64,000 nucleotides of DNA from a virus (Duplodnaviria; Caudoviricetes). A model generated the notes under the pieces. That model worked only from the letters and a program-made list of their open reading frames with translations, was not told the origin of the DNA and ran no database searches. The position numbers were made by a program, and so were the translations under genes. Each line of letters begins with the position of its first letter. Position 1 is the first letter of the stretch. This document shows, in pieces, positions 38,247 through 50,008 of the stretch. The stretch lies in IMG/VR virus record IMGVR_UViG_3300021400_003144. One strand, 5' to 3'.

Positions 38247-41200
38247 ATGACAGTGAAAGAATTAAGAGAGGAACTAGCTAAATTTCCAGATGGCATAGAG
38301 GTTATGCTTGAGGTTCCTATAAATGGAGTAGAGTTTAACAATTCTATTGAAGAAGTATACGAGAGCGGAAAGCTGTATCTTCATGGTAAAGGCTCGATAA
38401 TTGGTGCAGGGGATGTAAAAAGATTTTGGGGAGTAGACATAGCAGAGAAGTGAGGACTAAAGAATGGATGATATGATATGCCCTAAATGTGGAAGAGACA
38501 TATATCCTGAATATGAGGAACGTCTATCATGCGGTAAAAGTAAATATGTCAAGATTGAGAATTACCACTCTTTCTTTGATGGAGAATACTCTGGACATAG
38601 TTGGGATGTTGAGTGCATATGTCCTGAGTGTAATGAAGAGTTTAAGTTTAGTGACTCTGATATATAGGGGAGCATAGAATAATGAATATACATAGTATAT
38701 TAAATATACCTGTCATAGTAAATGACCAAACTATACATGTGATTTATAGTATAAGGCGTAAGTTATTGGCTGTATCAGAAATGCAAGCATGTTCAAAGAG
38801 TATTGAACAATGTGAAAGGAGAGGTAAGAATAATGTTAATTAGCATTTTAGAAATAATTGGAGTCATTATAGCTGTTATATGGGCAAGTGGAGTTGTATA
38901 CTTACTTTCAAAGGGCAGAGTATTTAAGTGGTTCTATCATAATATACTTGGGTGGCATTTACCAAGTGATAAACTACAGGAGTTTGATGGGTGTAGCTTT
39001 CATGCTCATTGTAAGATTTGTGGTAAGGAAATTATGCAGGACAGTCAAGGCAATTGGTTTTAAGGGATACTGGGAGAATGAATCGCAGGCAAGTAAAAAA
39101 GCGAGAAAAGAAGCTAGCTGAGAAGCAAGCATTGGAATATCAGAAGTATCTGGATGAAACTTTTGATGAGAATGAAAAGTGGTGTATAATGAACAATTGT
39201 CCCTATTATGACCATAGTGGTAGATATGGTGGAGGCTGTGCAGACCAATTAGCACCAAAGGGATTTAGATGTAAGAATCCATATTCTTAATAAGACAGAG
39301 AGTTGAAAAGCGAGGAGCAGATATGAAATATAAAGCCATTATTGATACAGATGAGTTTAAAGACTTTGAGTTCTTTGAAGATGGCATTGGAAAATACGTG
39401 GTTGGCAAAGATGCAGGTGCAACACAAGATGGATGGATACCCTTATATTTCACTGAAGTCAAGGAAGAGTCTGAGAATGAAAATGTTCTTAACAAAGTGA
39501 GAGCTGAGATAGACAACTTAGAAGAGGGTATATCAAGTTATTATAATGATAGACCATGGCTCTTCAAAGATGAAGTCTTAAAGATTGTAGATAAGTACAT
39601 TGGAGAAAGCAAGGGGCAATAAATGGTAATAACAGGATATAAAAGCATGTATCAGCAGGGTTATAATGATGCTATGTGTGATTTTAGAAAAAAGCCAAAG
39701 ACTGATGTACTAGACAAAGTAAGAGCTGAGATAGAGCAGTTGAGATTACATAAAGCTCAGTTTATTACAAGTGATAATAAGGTATGTATAGATAGTCAAG
39801 AGGTACTTAATATAATTGATAAATATACTGATAAGAGCAAGGAATAAGCAATGAAAGGTGAAAGAGCTAATTTTCTAGTAACATTAGTATTTGATGAAGA
39901 TTCAGGTATTAAAGAACAGGTAGACACTGAGTATTCATTTAAAAATAAAATTATAAAAGAACTGCAAGGACTCATTAAAGACAAGGTAATTAAGCATTTC
40001 ATTGTTGCTGATGATGAAGTAATAAATGATAAATTAAAAGAGCATCAAGAGCCTGTACTTGATAAAGTAAGGGCTGAAATTATCAAGGCGAAAAGCAAGA
40101 AAAACATAGGTGTTTGGGATTGTATAGACATTATTGATAAGTACAGAGCTGAGAATAAGGAGTAAGCAGTATGACATTATCTTTAACAGATGTAGAAGTA
40201 GAAAGATTGTTAGATGCATGTCATCAATATATAGAAATAATGGAGCAAGGTGAAGATACTCATGATTATACCTTGTACGAATTAGAGAATGGTCTAGGTT
40301 CTGCTTTGAGAAAAATAAGCAAAGGCAGAAATGGTGAGTATGTCTATGGAAAATATAAGACAGTGAGTAAATGTCCAACATTTGAAGAATGGAAAAAGCT
40401 AAGGCAGGAGAGTGAAGATACAGATGAAGTTGATGGTTGAAATATCAAAAGAGGATTATGAAGCTTTAAAGAGAAAAGATAAGTTTAATGATATGTATTT
40501 AAACCATTATGAAAAACTCATTGCAGCAGGTACACCACTTTCTGACCATATAATCACTATCCCAAAAGGAGCAACAAATGGAGAAGCAATAGAGACTGTA
40601 ACTGGAGAAGATTTTAGTAGAGGAACTAATATTTACAATCATAACCTCATGTTATGTGATGGAGAAGATTATATAGCATGTTCTGTAGATTGGTGGAACT
40701 CACCATTTAAGACAGGGAGTGAAGAAGATGAAGATTAAATTTACTAAAGACTTTGCAATGAATTGGAAGGCAGGAGAGGTTGTTGAAGCTGAACTGTTAC
40801 CTGATGGTGAGACTTTGGTTGATAATGTTGCATCTGTTGATACAGATATGCTGATGAAACATTGTGAAGTTATTAAAGAATGTGGGGAAAAGAAATGAGT
40901 GGAACACGTAATTTTAGTGGACTTATAGAACAGGTCTCAACATGTATTGAAGCAGCATATAATAAGGGATATAAAGCAGCAAAGCAGGATATAGTTGCTA
41001 TAGGTAATAAAAGTGAATATGCTAGAGGACTAAGTGATGCAGAAAGAGCAATGAGAAGATTGTGTTTAAATACAGATATGGGTGGACTATCATGTAGAGA
41101 ATTAGACATAATCTTTGGAAAAGGAACAACAGCTCAAATTATTAATTCATATTCAATGTCTGAAATTATTGAGAAAATCAGAGAGTATGATGAACATAAA

Positions 41201-41985
41201 GAAGAGTCTGTAAAAGATGAAAATGAAATCAATGTTGGTGATGAAGTTTACTATATTGACGAAAATAAGCAAAAGATAGTTACATGCATAGATGGAAAAA
41301 ATGTAACAGTGCTGTGTTCAAGTGGCAAATCTGAGGAATTTGATATATCAGAACTGCATAAAACAGGCAGACATTATGATATTGCTGATCTTTTGGGAAG
41401 ATTAGGTAAGGACTTAAGGAAGAGCATGAGCTATTAATTAGTAATAAAGGTAATTATATTAAAATGGGGGTAGACTATGAATGAAGGATTTAGATTAGAT
41501 GAGTTTTTGCAGGGTGCTATGATGAATTGTCCTATTACACTAGTGACAGGTGGTGTGAACAATCCTAAGAAGATAGAGACATGTGTGAATGAAATTGACA
41601 CAAAAGAATACGAAGGTAAGACATTCACATGTTGGGATATTCAGAATGGAAAACTTGTTATATACATTGATGATTAATAAATAGCAGATAATATATTGGA
41701 GGATAGTTAAGTATGGAAGATGTAAGGTCAGGATTAATAGGGTTAGCAATGGTATGTGGTGTTGCTCTATTTGCTTTAACACTGTTAAATAGTCCTGGTG
41801 TAAAAGCTGAGGCATTAGAATCAAATAGCTACTTTGTTACAATATCTGATGAAGAGTTTGGAGAAGTAGTATATGACTCTAGAACAGGTGTTGAGTATTG
41901 GAAGGCAGACACTACTTATAGTAGGGGTGTACTAACAATGTTATATGATACTGATGGAAAACCATTAATTTATGAGGGGAAGTAA
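38247..41985 (+). other. Cluster of small phage-type hypothetical genes
   Basis: Packed short ORFs. VL(D/N)KVRAEI...I(I/V)DKY module in 39323-39622, 39623-39847 and 39851-40165. 41713-41985 resembles DUF6440 (VVYDSRTGVEY). Confidence 0.7.
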
Positions 41986-41990
41986 GAAGC

Positions 41991-42452
41991 ATGAATATTG
42001 TTGAGAAGCAGATGAACTTATTTGCTGTATCTAAGGATAATTACTTAGTACATTGTATAAGTTCTGATTTTGCATTAGGAGCTGGAATAGCTAAGGAATT
42101 TAGAAACAGAGGCACTGCTAGACAACTTGAAATGAGATATAGTAAGAACTGGTGGATTGGACATGGGTACTGTCTAATGACAGACATACCTGGATTTAAA
42201 GGTGTTTATAACTTAGTGACAAAAGAAAGATATTTTAATAAGCCAACATATTTCACATTGGAAGAAGCATTAATGAACCTTAAAAGAGAGCTTGGTTATC
42301 CTGGAGTAGCAGATGAGAATGGTGCTATAAACATAGCAATGCCTTATATAGGCTGTGGACTTGATAGATTACAGTGGAATGAAGTAAAGGAAGTCATCTA
42401 TAAGGTGTTAGGTGACATTGAAAACTTAAATATAACAGTGTGTTATCTTTAA
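41991..42452 (+). CDS. Macrodomain protein (TARG1/DarG-like ADP-ribosylhydrolase)
   Basis: LVHCISSDFALGAGIAKEF, YNLVTK, KPTY and MPYIGCGLDRLQW. Confidence 0.88.
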   Translation: MNIVEKQMNLFAVSKDNYLVHCISSDFALGAGIAKEFRNRGTARQLEMRYSKNWWIGHGYCLMTDIPGFKGVYNLVTKERYFNKPTYFTLEEALMNLKRELGYPGVADENGAINIAMPYIGCGLDRLQWNEVKEVIYKVLGDIENLNITVCYL

Positions 42453-42870
42453 TAGTTTAAGGATTAGGCTTGAATGAGAATAAAGATTATAAAATTTAAT
42501 TCAGAAGAGATGGTTTATGATGCTATTTACTTTGAATTTAGAACAAATAATGTATCAAATTGGGTAAAGGTAGTAACTAAAGAGGGAACTAATGTTATAC
42601 ATGATATAGCAGTATTAAAGAGTATGAAAGAAGAGTAGTTAAGAGGATATAGGCATGATAGGATATGTAATAAAGTTTGATGATGGAACTTACTATGCAG
42701 GGTATAATAAGAAACCATCTAAAGATATTATAGGAGCTAAGATATACAGGTCATATAGAAAAGCTAATTTAACTATAAATGTAAGTGAAAGCTTTAAAAA
42801 TTATTGCAGTAAGTCTTATGTAATTATGAGAGTCAAGATAGAGGAAGTTGAAACTGTAGAAGTTTAAGAG

Positions 42871-43335
42871 GTGAAAATGTATAGAAGGTCAGGAAGGCAA
42901 CTTAATAGTAGAGATATTCTATTAGCAAGAGTGCTAATTACAGTAGTATGTGTAATATTGACATCAGTTGGTATTGCATGGGCTATTAAGACCAAGAGTA
43001 CAATGGATAGAGCATCTGAACCTGTTAAAGCTCAGATAGTAGAATTAGATAGAGTGACAGAAACTGAGAGAATAGATGGAAGATACAGAGAAAGAACTGT
43101 AGAGTATCCTATTGTTGAGTATGAGTTTAATGGTGAGACATATAGTAAGAGATTGAGTATAGGTAGAAATGTTGGTGCTTACTATAAAGGTGAAACACTT
43201 GACATTAATATAAATCCAGATGACCCTCGTGAAGTATATGAACCAGGAAGTGTAGTATTTGTAATTCTATTTATAGTTCTTCCTATATTTGTGTGGGCTT
43301 TTATAAATGGTATATTATCAGCTATGACTCATTAA
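42871..43335 (+). CDS. DUF3592-like membrane protein
   Basis: TM, YPIVEYEFNGETY, GETLDININPDDP, TM. Confidence 0.75.
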   Translation: MKMYRRSGRQLNSRDILLARVLITVVCVILTSVGIAWAIKTKSTMDRASEPVKAQIVELDRVTETERIDGRYRERTVEYPIVEYEFNGETYSKRLSIGRNVGAYYKGETLDININPDDPREVYEPGSVVFVILFIVLPIFVWAFINGILSAMTH

Positions 43336-43824
43336 GAGTTTAAGAGGTTAACAAGTGATGGAAATTAAAAATAAAGAGTTTATAGAGAGTTCAGTAATAA
43401 AATATAAGAATGACATAAAAGAGCATTTAATGACACTTAAAGATGATTATTGGATGCTGATAAAGTTGATAGATAAGTATGATGCAGCTGTTAATTATAT
43501 GAATATATACAATGCAGATGAATACTTGAACGAAATAAATAAGATTAGAAAATCCTTTGAACTTATAAAGGTTGACAAGCTAAGTGAGATTGAGTGTGAC
43601 AGTCTAAAGGAGAAGTAAAACATGGAAGTGTGTAACTGGATACACTACAAATATGATAGTTTATGGAGATTACCTTGTGGAAAGACTCAAGGGATTAATG
43701 TAAGACCTAAACAAAAAACATGTTTATGTCCTAGAGATGGAAAGAGACATCAGATAAACAGGATTGAGCTTGATGAGATGCATCCTAGTGAAAAAGAGTT
43801 TATTGAAATATGTAAGAGGTTCAG

Positions 43825-44649
43825 GTGATGAAGAAGAAAATCTATTTATCAATTATAGCTGGTCTTATGATAACAAGTTTAGTAGCTTGTGGAAAAGCTA
43901 ATAATACTTCAGAAAAGATAGAAGATATTAATGAGAAGATAATAGAGACTATTCAGAGTAATGGTACAGCATCTATTGGTTTCAAAGGTGATGTGATAAG
44001 TGGTAATAGTAGCATTAGTGCAGTTGCTGAGTTACCTATGAATGAGAATGAGACTCAGGCTTATACAAGTGATACACCAACTGACTCATTAAGCGAGACA
44101 AAAGTTGATAATGACTCTGATGTTATTCATTATTCATTTGCAGATTTAAAGTATAGTGATGATGGACAAACTGTTACACTTATACCGAACGGAGGTCTAA
44201 CTGATAATACAGTACTTCGTAATGGTAAGACATTTGGAGAGTATGTTGATTATGTAAATAATACAGTTCTTGAAGATGGTAGAACTGTTGATAAAGAGTT
44301 CCTTAGAGGGTTGTTAGCTTGTAATTCTATAGATGAATCATTCATATCTGAGGATAAAATGGAGTTTGATGATTTTGCAGCATTGCTAGTTCATTGTACT
44401 ACAATAGCTAATACTTTACATTCTATGAATGTAACATTACATGAACTTGTAACAGATAAATCTGATATTAATACTCAGAAACTTGTTGTAACAGCTGTTG
44501 GAGCAAATGATATATGGCATGTAGACACTGAAAATCAGAAGTTCTATTTTAATGATGGAAAGACAGAATACAATTCTACAATGTTTGATAAGGATACAAT
44601 GTTATTATGGGATTATGCAGCATATGACTTCTTTGGCGAGGAATATTAA
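43825..44649 (+). CDS. Lipoprotein
   Basis: Signal peptide with lipobox LVAC. Confidence 0.75.
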   Translation: MMKKKIYLSIIAGLMITSLVACGKANNTSEKIEDINEKIIETIQSNGTASIGFKGDVISGNSSISAVAELPMNENETQAYTSDTPTDSLSETKVDNDSDVIHYSFADLKYSDDGQTVTLIPNGGLTDNTVLRNGKTFGEYVDYVNNTVLEDGRTVDKEFLRGLLACNSIDESFISEDKMEFDDFAALLVHCTTIANTLHSMNVTLHELVTDKSDINTQKLVVTAVGANDIWHVDTENQKFYFNDGKTEYNSTMFDKDTMLLWDYAAYDFFGEEY

Positions 44650-44664
44650 AAAATATAAAAGGTA

Positions 44665-45285
44665 TTGAAAGAAGCTAAGATGGGTAAATGGGAAAGCAAT
44701 AAGAAATTAGTTACTGACAGTGATATTAGAGATAATGTAAGAGTTGTTCTATTTGTATCACGTAATAAAGATAACAAGTATTTGAATGGATTTAAACAAA
44801 GAAGAGAGTCTTTTATATCCACTAAGAGTACTGAAGAGTTATCTGAGAAATTTAAAGAGTTTGTACTTAGAGGCATTGAAGGAGAAAATAGTAGATTTTA
44901 TGTTTCAGTTAATTCAAGGGATATTGATAAAATCAGAGATGAATTATTAGTTGAGATTCTAAGGTCTAAGTCAGGCAGAGGGTTATTATTTATACAATCT
45001 TTAATAGCTTCAATAGCATCTAAAAAGGAATATGCTAAGACTAAGAAATGGTTGTTAGACATTGATACAAAAGATACAGAGACATTAGAAAGTATAAAGG
45101 AATACATTAAGAATAATGAAATAAACATAGAAAAGATTGTAGAGACTCCTAATGGATATCATATGGTACTAGAACATGGTTTTGATAGCAGAGAGTTTAA
45201 AGAGAAGTTTACTGATGTTGAGATTAAGAGAGATGATATGCTTTTGTTAGCAAGTAGTACAAAGTGTAATGGAAATGTTCAGTAA
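44665..45285 (+). CDS. AEP (prim-pol) superfamily-like phage protein
   Basis: WLLDIDT (DxD) and ETPNGYH motifs, RFYVSVN. Confidence 0.55.
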   Translation: MKEAKMGKWESNKKLVTDSDIRDNVRVVLFVSRNKDNKYLNGFKQRRESFISTKSTEELSEKFKEFVLRGIEGENSRFYVSVNSRDIDKIRDELLVEILRSKSGRGLLFIQSLIASIASKKEYAKTKKWLLDIDTKDTETLESIKEYIKNNEINIEKIVETPNGYHMVLEHGFDSREFKEKFTDVEIKRDDMLLLASSTKCNGNVQ

Positions 45286-45307
45286 ATATTATAAAATAGA
45301 ATATGTA

Positions 45308-45336
45308 TTGACAAAATAAAGAATGTATGATATAAT
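45308..45336 (+). promoter_or_regulatory. SigmaA-type promoter
   Basis: TTGACA-17bp-TATAAT with an extended TG. Confidence 0.85.
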
Positions 45337-45345
45337 ATAGAATAT

Positions 45346-45382
45346 AAAAAGAGAACTTATAGAAATATAGGTTCTCTTTTTT
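45346..45382 (+). terminator. GAAA-tetraloop terminator directly downstream of promoter
   Basis: GAGAACTTATA-GAAA-TATAGGTTCTC-TTTTTT. Confidence 0.75.
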
Positions 45383-45418
45383 GTTGTATAGAGAGTTTTA
45401 AAATTTAAGGAGAATTTA

Positions 45419-46021
45419 ATGAAATTAAAGAAATTAGCAATGATAGTTGGTATGATTAGCACAATGTTAAGTATGAGTAGCATGAAAACATTTGCTAATA
45501 CAGTATTTATTGGTGATAGTAGAACTGTTGGAATCTATGATACATTACATGGAACATCTACAGCAAATAAAACTAATGTGAACATTACAGACCCTGATGG
45601 AACAACTTGGTCATGTAAAGTGAGCATGGGTTTAAAGTGGATGCAGAGTACAGGTGTTCCTCAGGTAGAAGATAAGATAACTGATGGAACTGATGTAGTC
45701 ATTTTAATGGGAGTTAATGATGCAGCTGATGTAAATATGACAAGCAGATATGTAGAGTATTTGAACTCAAAGAGTATAGAATGGGCAGATAGAGGAGCAG
45801 AAGTACATTATGTAAGTGTAATGCCTTTGAGAAATGACACTAAGTATGAGACAAATGCAGGTATAAGTATTTGGAATGAGCTGATAAAAAATGGATTATC
45901 AGATAATGTAGATTATATAGACATGAGCAAGAGTGGAATTATTTATAATTTTAGAGATGCATGGCATTTTAAATCAAATACATCAAGAGAAATATATAAC
46001 TATTTAACTATGCATGTTTAA
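45419..46021 (+). CDS. Secreted SGNH/GDSL-like hydrolase
   Basis: Signal peptide, FIGDSRT, MGVND and DAWH. Confidence 0.8.
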   Translation: MKLKKLAMIVGMISTMLSMSSMKTFANTVFIGDSRTVGIYDTLHGTSTANKTNVNITDPDGTTWSCKVSMGLKWMQSTGVPQVEDKITDGTDVVILMGVNDAADVNMTSRYVEYLNSKSIEWADRGAEVHYVSVMPLRNDTKYETNAGISIWNELIKNGLSDNVDYIDMSKSGIIYNFRDAWHFKSNTSREIYNYLTMHV

Positions 46022-46040
46022 TAGGGAATAGGAGTTTACT

Positions 46041-46973
46041 ATGGTAAGGAGACCTGAGATATGGGCTAAAGCAGCCTTTAATAAAGAGCAGATGGATGCT
46101 AAGATAGCAGCTGGGTGTGATGGGATAGAGCTACAGCTTTTGAAAGAAAGCTTTGTAGATAGACCAGGTAACAGATGGAAAAGTTTCAAGAGCGTATACG
46201 ATATAGATGGTTTAAAGGACTATCCAGTTAAGGCTATACATGCACCTCTATTTAAGGGTTACGGGGATATTACCATAGAGTCTATGATGGACAATAATGA
46301 TATACTTGTATTACAGGAAATGTTCAGATTGGCTGAAATGTATGCTGAAAGACAGAATATTGACTATGTTACACTTGTTATACATTCTGAACAGATTATA
46401 AACACTATGTATGATGTTGGAGGCATATATAACAAGATTAGAAATACACTTGATTTGTTATTTGAACAGTATGACCGTGTAAGGGTGGGAATAGAGAATG
46501 TAACACCTATCAGAAATATGGATGATGGAATCATAAGTTTAAGTAATAATTACAGATTTGATAATGTGGTGATAGCTAAGAAGTTAAGAGAAGAACTCAA
46601 GACAGATAGAGTTGGAACTATATTAGATACCTGTCATGCTATGATTAGTAAGAGATACATAGATATGTTACATAGACTATTAGAGGATATTGAAGAAGAT
46701 GATCTGAGTTTAAAGAACTATTTTGAAGCTAATAAGGACACTATATATCATTTGCATTTCAGTGATATGAAAGGTTGTGGTTATGGAAAAGGAAAGCATG
46801 GCATTCCTTTTACTAATGAGACTAAAGATAAAGCTAAAGGAATACTTGAGTTATATAATAGATATAATTATAAATGCCCTTTATGCTTAGAAGTTGAGGA
46901 AACAGACTTTGTAAAGTGTACTGGATATAGAGAAACAAGGCAGATAATAAATGAGATATACAGTGAGATATAG
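46041..46973 (+). CDS. Xylose isomerase / AP endonuclease 2-like TIM barrel protein
   Basis: GIELQL, IHAP, IEN, LDTCH, HLHFSD and LEVEE. Confidence 0.75.
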   Translation: MVRRPEIWAKAAFNKEQMDAKIAAGCDGIELQLLKESFVDRPGNRWKSFKSVYDIDGLKDYPVKAIHAPLFKGYGDITIESMMDNNDILVLQEMFRLAEMYAERQNIDYVTLVIHSEQIINTMYDVGGIYNKIRNTLDLLFEQYDRVRVGIENVTPIRNMDDGIISLSNNYRFDNVVIAKKLREELKTDRVGTILDTCHAMISKRYIDMLHRLLEDIEEDDLSLKNYFEANKDTIYHLHFSDMKGCGYGKGKHGIPFTNETKDKAKGILELYNRYNYKCPLCLEVEETDFVKCTGYRETRQIINEIYSEI

Positions 46974-47001
46974 TTAGATGGTTTGAGTATAAAAGCTGAG
47001 G

Positions 47002-47367
47002 GTGGTGAGGTTTATGAGGAAGAGGCTAGTGTTGATAATGTTCATTGCATTAATAATTACTTCTTGCTCACTAAATAAAAAAGACAGTTTAAAGAGTACT
47101 GATAGTACAGATTATTCTGAAGATGAAGAAACAAATGCATTGAAAAGAGAATTTTGTATAGTAGATGAAGTTAATGAAACAGGGTTTGTTTTGAAGAATA
47201 CTTCAGATATATTATATAGTCTTGATAATTCATATTTAAAACAATTTAAGAAAGGTGATAAAGTTCTTTTATTATATAATGAGCGTGGAATGCTAAGTGA
47301 TGGAAAGTATCATGTTGATGTATATGCTATATATCCTGATGATGATACACTTGATACACCTAGGTAA
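47002..47367 (+). CDS. Lipoprotein
   Basis: Lipobox ITSC. Confidence 0.6.
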   Translation: MVRFMRKRLVLIMFIALIITSCSLNKKDSLKSTDSTDYSEDEETNALKREFCIVDEVNETGFVLKNTSDILYSLDNSYLKQFKKGDKVLLLYNERGMLSDGKYHVDVYAIYPDDDTLDTPR

Positions 47368-47789
47368 AAGAAATTGAAGCATAAAGGAAATATTAAGGAG
47401 GTTTAAGTTATGACAATCAGAGTAATACCTGACAAGATGCATACAAATATAACATATAGGCAGGCACTTGCATTAGGAATACAGCAAGGAACAGCTTATT
47501 GGTGTCCAGAGTTAAGGCATCATCTTATAATATGTACACCTTATGGTGGAGCTTTTGGCAATTTAACTAATGTTATTACTGAAGTAGAATGTAATATGTC
47601 TATAGTAAAGCAACGTATGTACTTAATGCAAGGAATGGTACCTCCAAAAGCTACTAAAATAAAAAATTTAAGAGTAAAGCCTATTGATGAAGTTGAGGCT
47701 ATGAGGTTAACTAACTTTGCAGTATATACGAGTATAAATTAATATAAAAGAAAAATAGAGCAGTATTTAAGATTTTTATAAAATAATTG

Positions 47790-47818
47790 TTGACAAAATT
47801 GAGATATAGTGATAATAT
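47790..47818 (+). promoter_or_regulatory. SigmaA-type promoter
   Basis: TTGACA-17bp-TAATAT. Confidence 0.65.
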
Positions 47819-47863
47819 ATTAATGTAAGGTTAATTAAAGTTACTTTTAAGGGAGTAAGTGTT

Positions 47864-48097
47864 GTGAGAAAGGTACTTTGTGTTTTAGCTTGTACATTAG
47901 GAATTATGACTGTAGGTTGTGGAAACAGACAGATGATAGATACATCTTTCACATTCAAATATGCTACTGTTGACGGTGTAGACTATGAAATAGCAAGTTG
48001 GAAAGACTTTGAAGGTTCTGATATGGTACAATTTAAGACTACTGATGGTACTGTATATATGACTCATAGCAGTAAGGTTGTCTTTAGAAGTAAGTAA
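47864..48097 (+). CDS. Small lipoprotein
   Basis: TVGC lipobox and GNRQMIDTSFTF. Confidence 0.7.
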   Translation: MRKVLCVLACTLGIMTVGCGNRQMIDTSFTFKYATVDGVDYEIASWKDFEGSDMVQFKTTDGTVYMTHSSKVVFRSK

Positions 48098-48130
48098 AAA
48101 GCAGTTAAAATGTAGCTGTAGTAAGGTTTA

Positions 48131-48817
48131 TTGGAGAACAATCTGATTAAATTACTGGAGAAAATTATGAGTCTAAAAGAGTTTATTGAGTCTAATAAAA
48201 ATATATTGTATGCAAGTATATGCGTTGCTGATTGCAGTTATATGCCTAAACCAAGTATTTCATGCAATGTAAATAAAATGTTAGATGGAAAATACCGTTT
48301 AGAAAATCCAGAGATTACATTAGAAGAATTAATTGACATAAATATTGAAGATGTTAAGGGCTTTAACTTTAAAAGTTTCTATGATTCAAAATATGGCAAA
48401 TGTGAATATATTGTAATAGAAATTTCAGAAGATACTATATCAAATAATTCTGATAAGGTGCTATATCAAAAACTTGGTAAAGCATTAAATAAAGACTATA
48501 AAGACCTAGCTAAGAAATATGAGACTCTTGAGAAGGAATATAAAAAGCCATTTTATTCTAATTATGGAGTATCATTTTTTAAAGAGATTTTTGTACCATT
48601 TACAATAGTTGTAACGATATTTGCTTGGAAGTTTGCTAATATATCAGAAAATAAAGAGGGAATCATTACAGCAGTAACTGCAATAACATTCCTTTTTATT
48701 GGAACAATCATATTATTTATAAAGTCATCTCTGGAAAATAAAAAAGAAGCTGAGTATTGTAAGGAAGTAAAAGAAGAATATACTAAAAAATTAAGTATTG
48801 TAGAGGGAGAGATATGA
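48131..48817 (+). CDS. Membrane protein, paralog of 27290-27889
   Basis: Shared ENPE motif and C-terminal CKExxEEYxxKL. Confidence 0.7.
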   Translation: MENNLIKLLEKIMSLKEFIESNKNILYASICVADCSYMPKPSISCNVNKMLDGKYRLENPEITLEELIDINIEDVKGFNFKSFYDSKYGKCEYIVIEISEDTISNNSDKVLYQKLGKALNKDYKDLAKKYETLEKEYKKPFYSNYGVSFFKEIFVPFTIVVTIFAWKFANISENKEGIITAVTAITFLFIGTIILFIKSSLENKKEAEYCKEVKEEYTKKLSIVEGEI

Positions 48818-49254
48818 TAAAGTTTAGTAAGACAGATAAGACTTATGGATGCTTTAGTAATTTCTATAAGTGTCCAGTGAATTACAAGGGTTTGACATAT
48901 AAGTCATCTGAAGCAGCTTGGCAGGCTCAGAAAGTACAGAATGAGTCAGAGAAAAAGCAGTTTACAGAGTTAAATCCTGGGGATGCTAAGAGATTAGGCA
49001 GAAGAGTTGAACTTAGACATGATTGGGAAGATGTTAAGTATGATTTGATGGTTGATGTGTGTCTTAAGAAGTTCGCTCAGAATCCTATGTTAGCAACTAC
49101 ATTACTATCAACTGGAGATGAGGAGCTTGTAGAAGATACAACAGGCTGGCATGATAATACATGGGGCAATTGTGATTGTCCTAAGTGTGCAGGAATAAAG
49201 GGTAAGAATCTGTTAGGAAAAGCTCTAATGGAAGTAAGAAAAATTCTTAAATAA
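48814..49254 (+). CDS. NADAR (YbiA-like) family protein
   Basis: FSNFY, SSEAAWQAQK, AKRLGR, KFAQNP, LLSTGDEELVE, WG and GKNLLGKALMEVR. Confidence 0.93.
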   Translation: MIKFSKTDKTYGCFSNFYKCPVNYKGLTYKSSEAAWQAQKVQNESEKKQFTELNPGDAKRLGRRVELRHDWEDVKYDLMVDVCLKKFAQNPMLATTLLSTGDEELVEDTTGWHDNTWGNCDCPKCAGIKGKNLLGKALMEVRKILK

Positions 49255-49334
49255 TAAATAAGGACTTTAAATTTACATAAAGCTATTTTATAGTAAGGTG
49301 TAAGTTTAAAGTTTTTTATTGGAGGTGATTTTGG

Positions 49335-49700
49335 GTGAACAGTATAAGAAGTTGGATAAGCGATATTAATGATGTTAAGAAGCATGAAAGAGCTGAGGCT
49401 GAGCATCTGATTGATTACTATGAGAAAACAGGAAAAAAGAGTGATGCAGCTCAGGCTGAAGAAGTTGCTGATTACAATGAAAAAACACTTAATGAGAGAA
49501 TTGAGTATCTCAATAAGTTAAATGAGGTGCTTGATGTAACTAAAATGTTAGACAACAATATGGTTGATATTGCAGCACCTAGTAAGGCTTTTGAAGCATA
49601 TGGTAAATGGGTGTATTCAGTTATGAATGAAGATGAGTTATCTTTCAAGACTGGTAGATTTAAGAAAGAGCTATTTGATACAATAGGTATTGTTGATTGA
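49335..49700 (+). CDS. Hypothetical protein, possible paralog of 57541-57891
   Basis: Similar length, IxSWI start and LxKLNxxxD segment. Confidence 0.55.
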   Translation: MNSIRSWISDINDVKKHERAEAEHLIDYYEKTGKKSDAAQAEEVADYNEKTLNERIEYLNKLNEVLDVTKMLDNNMVDIAAPSKAFEAYGKWVYSVMNEDELSFKTGRFKKELFDTIGIVD

Positions 49701-50008
49701 ACATAAAGTTTAAAGAATAAAGTATAAAGTTTTTAGGGATATAGCAGGCGATAAGGATATAGTGCCTATAAAAATTATTAAGTAAGGAGAAAGAAATTTG
49801 AGTATGCACTATAAAATTGCTAGTGGAGATATTCTTAAGGCAAATGAACCTAAGAAGGGCAAGTGTGTTAAATTAAATGTAGAACTTCCAGTTGATGTAT
49901 ATGCTTATATAAAGCGCATGCCTTTGGATGTGTAGTCTGGTGGCATAATGAATGAAGCCTTTAGTGGTATAAAGAAGGCTAAAGTTATAATGGGAGAGTA
50001 AGAATAAT

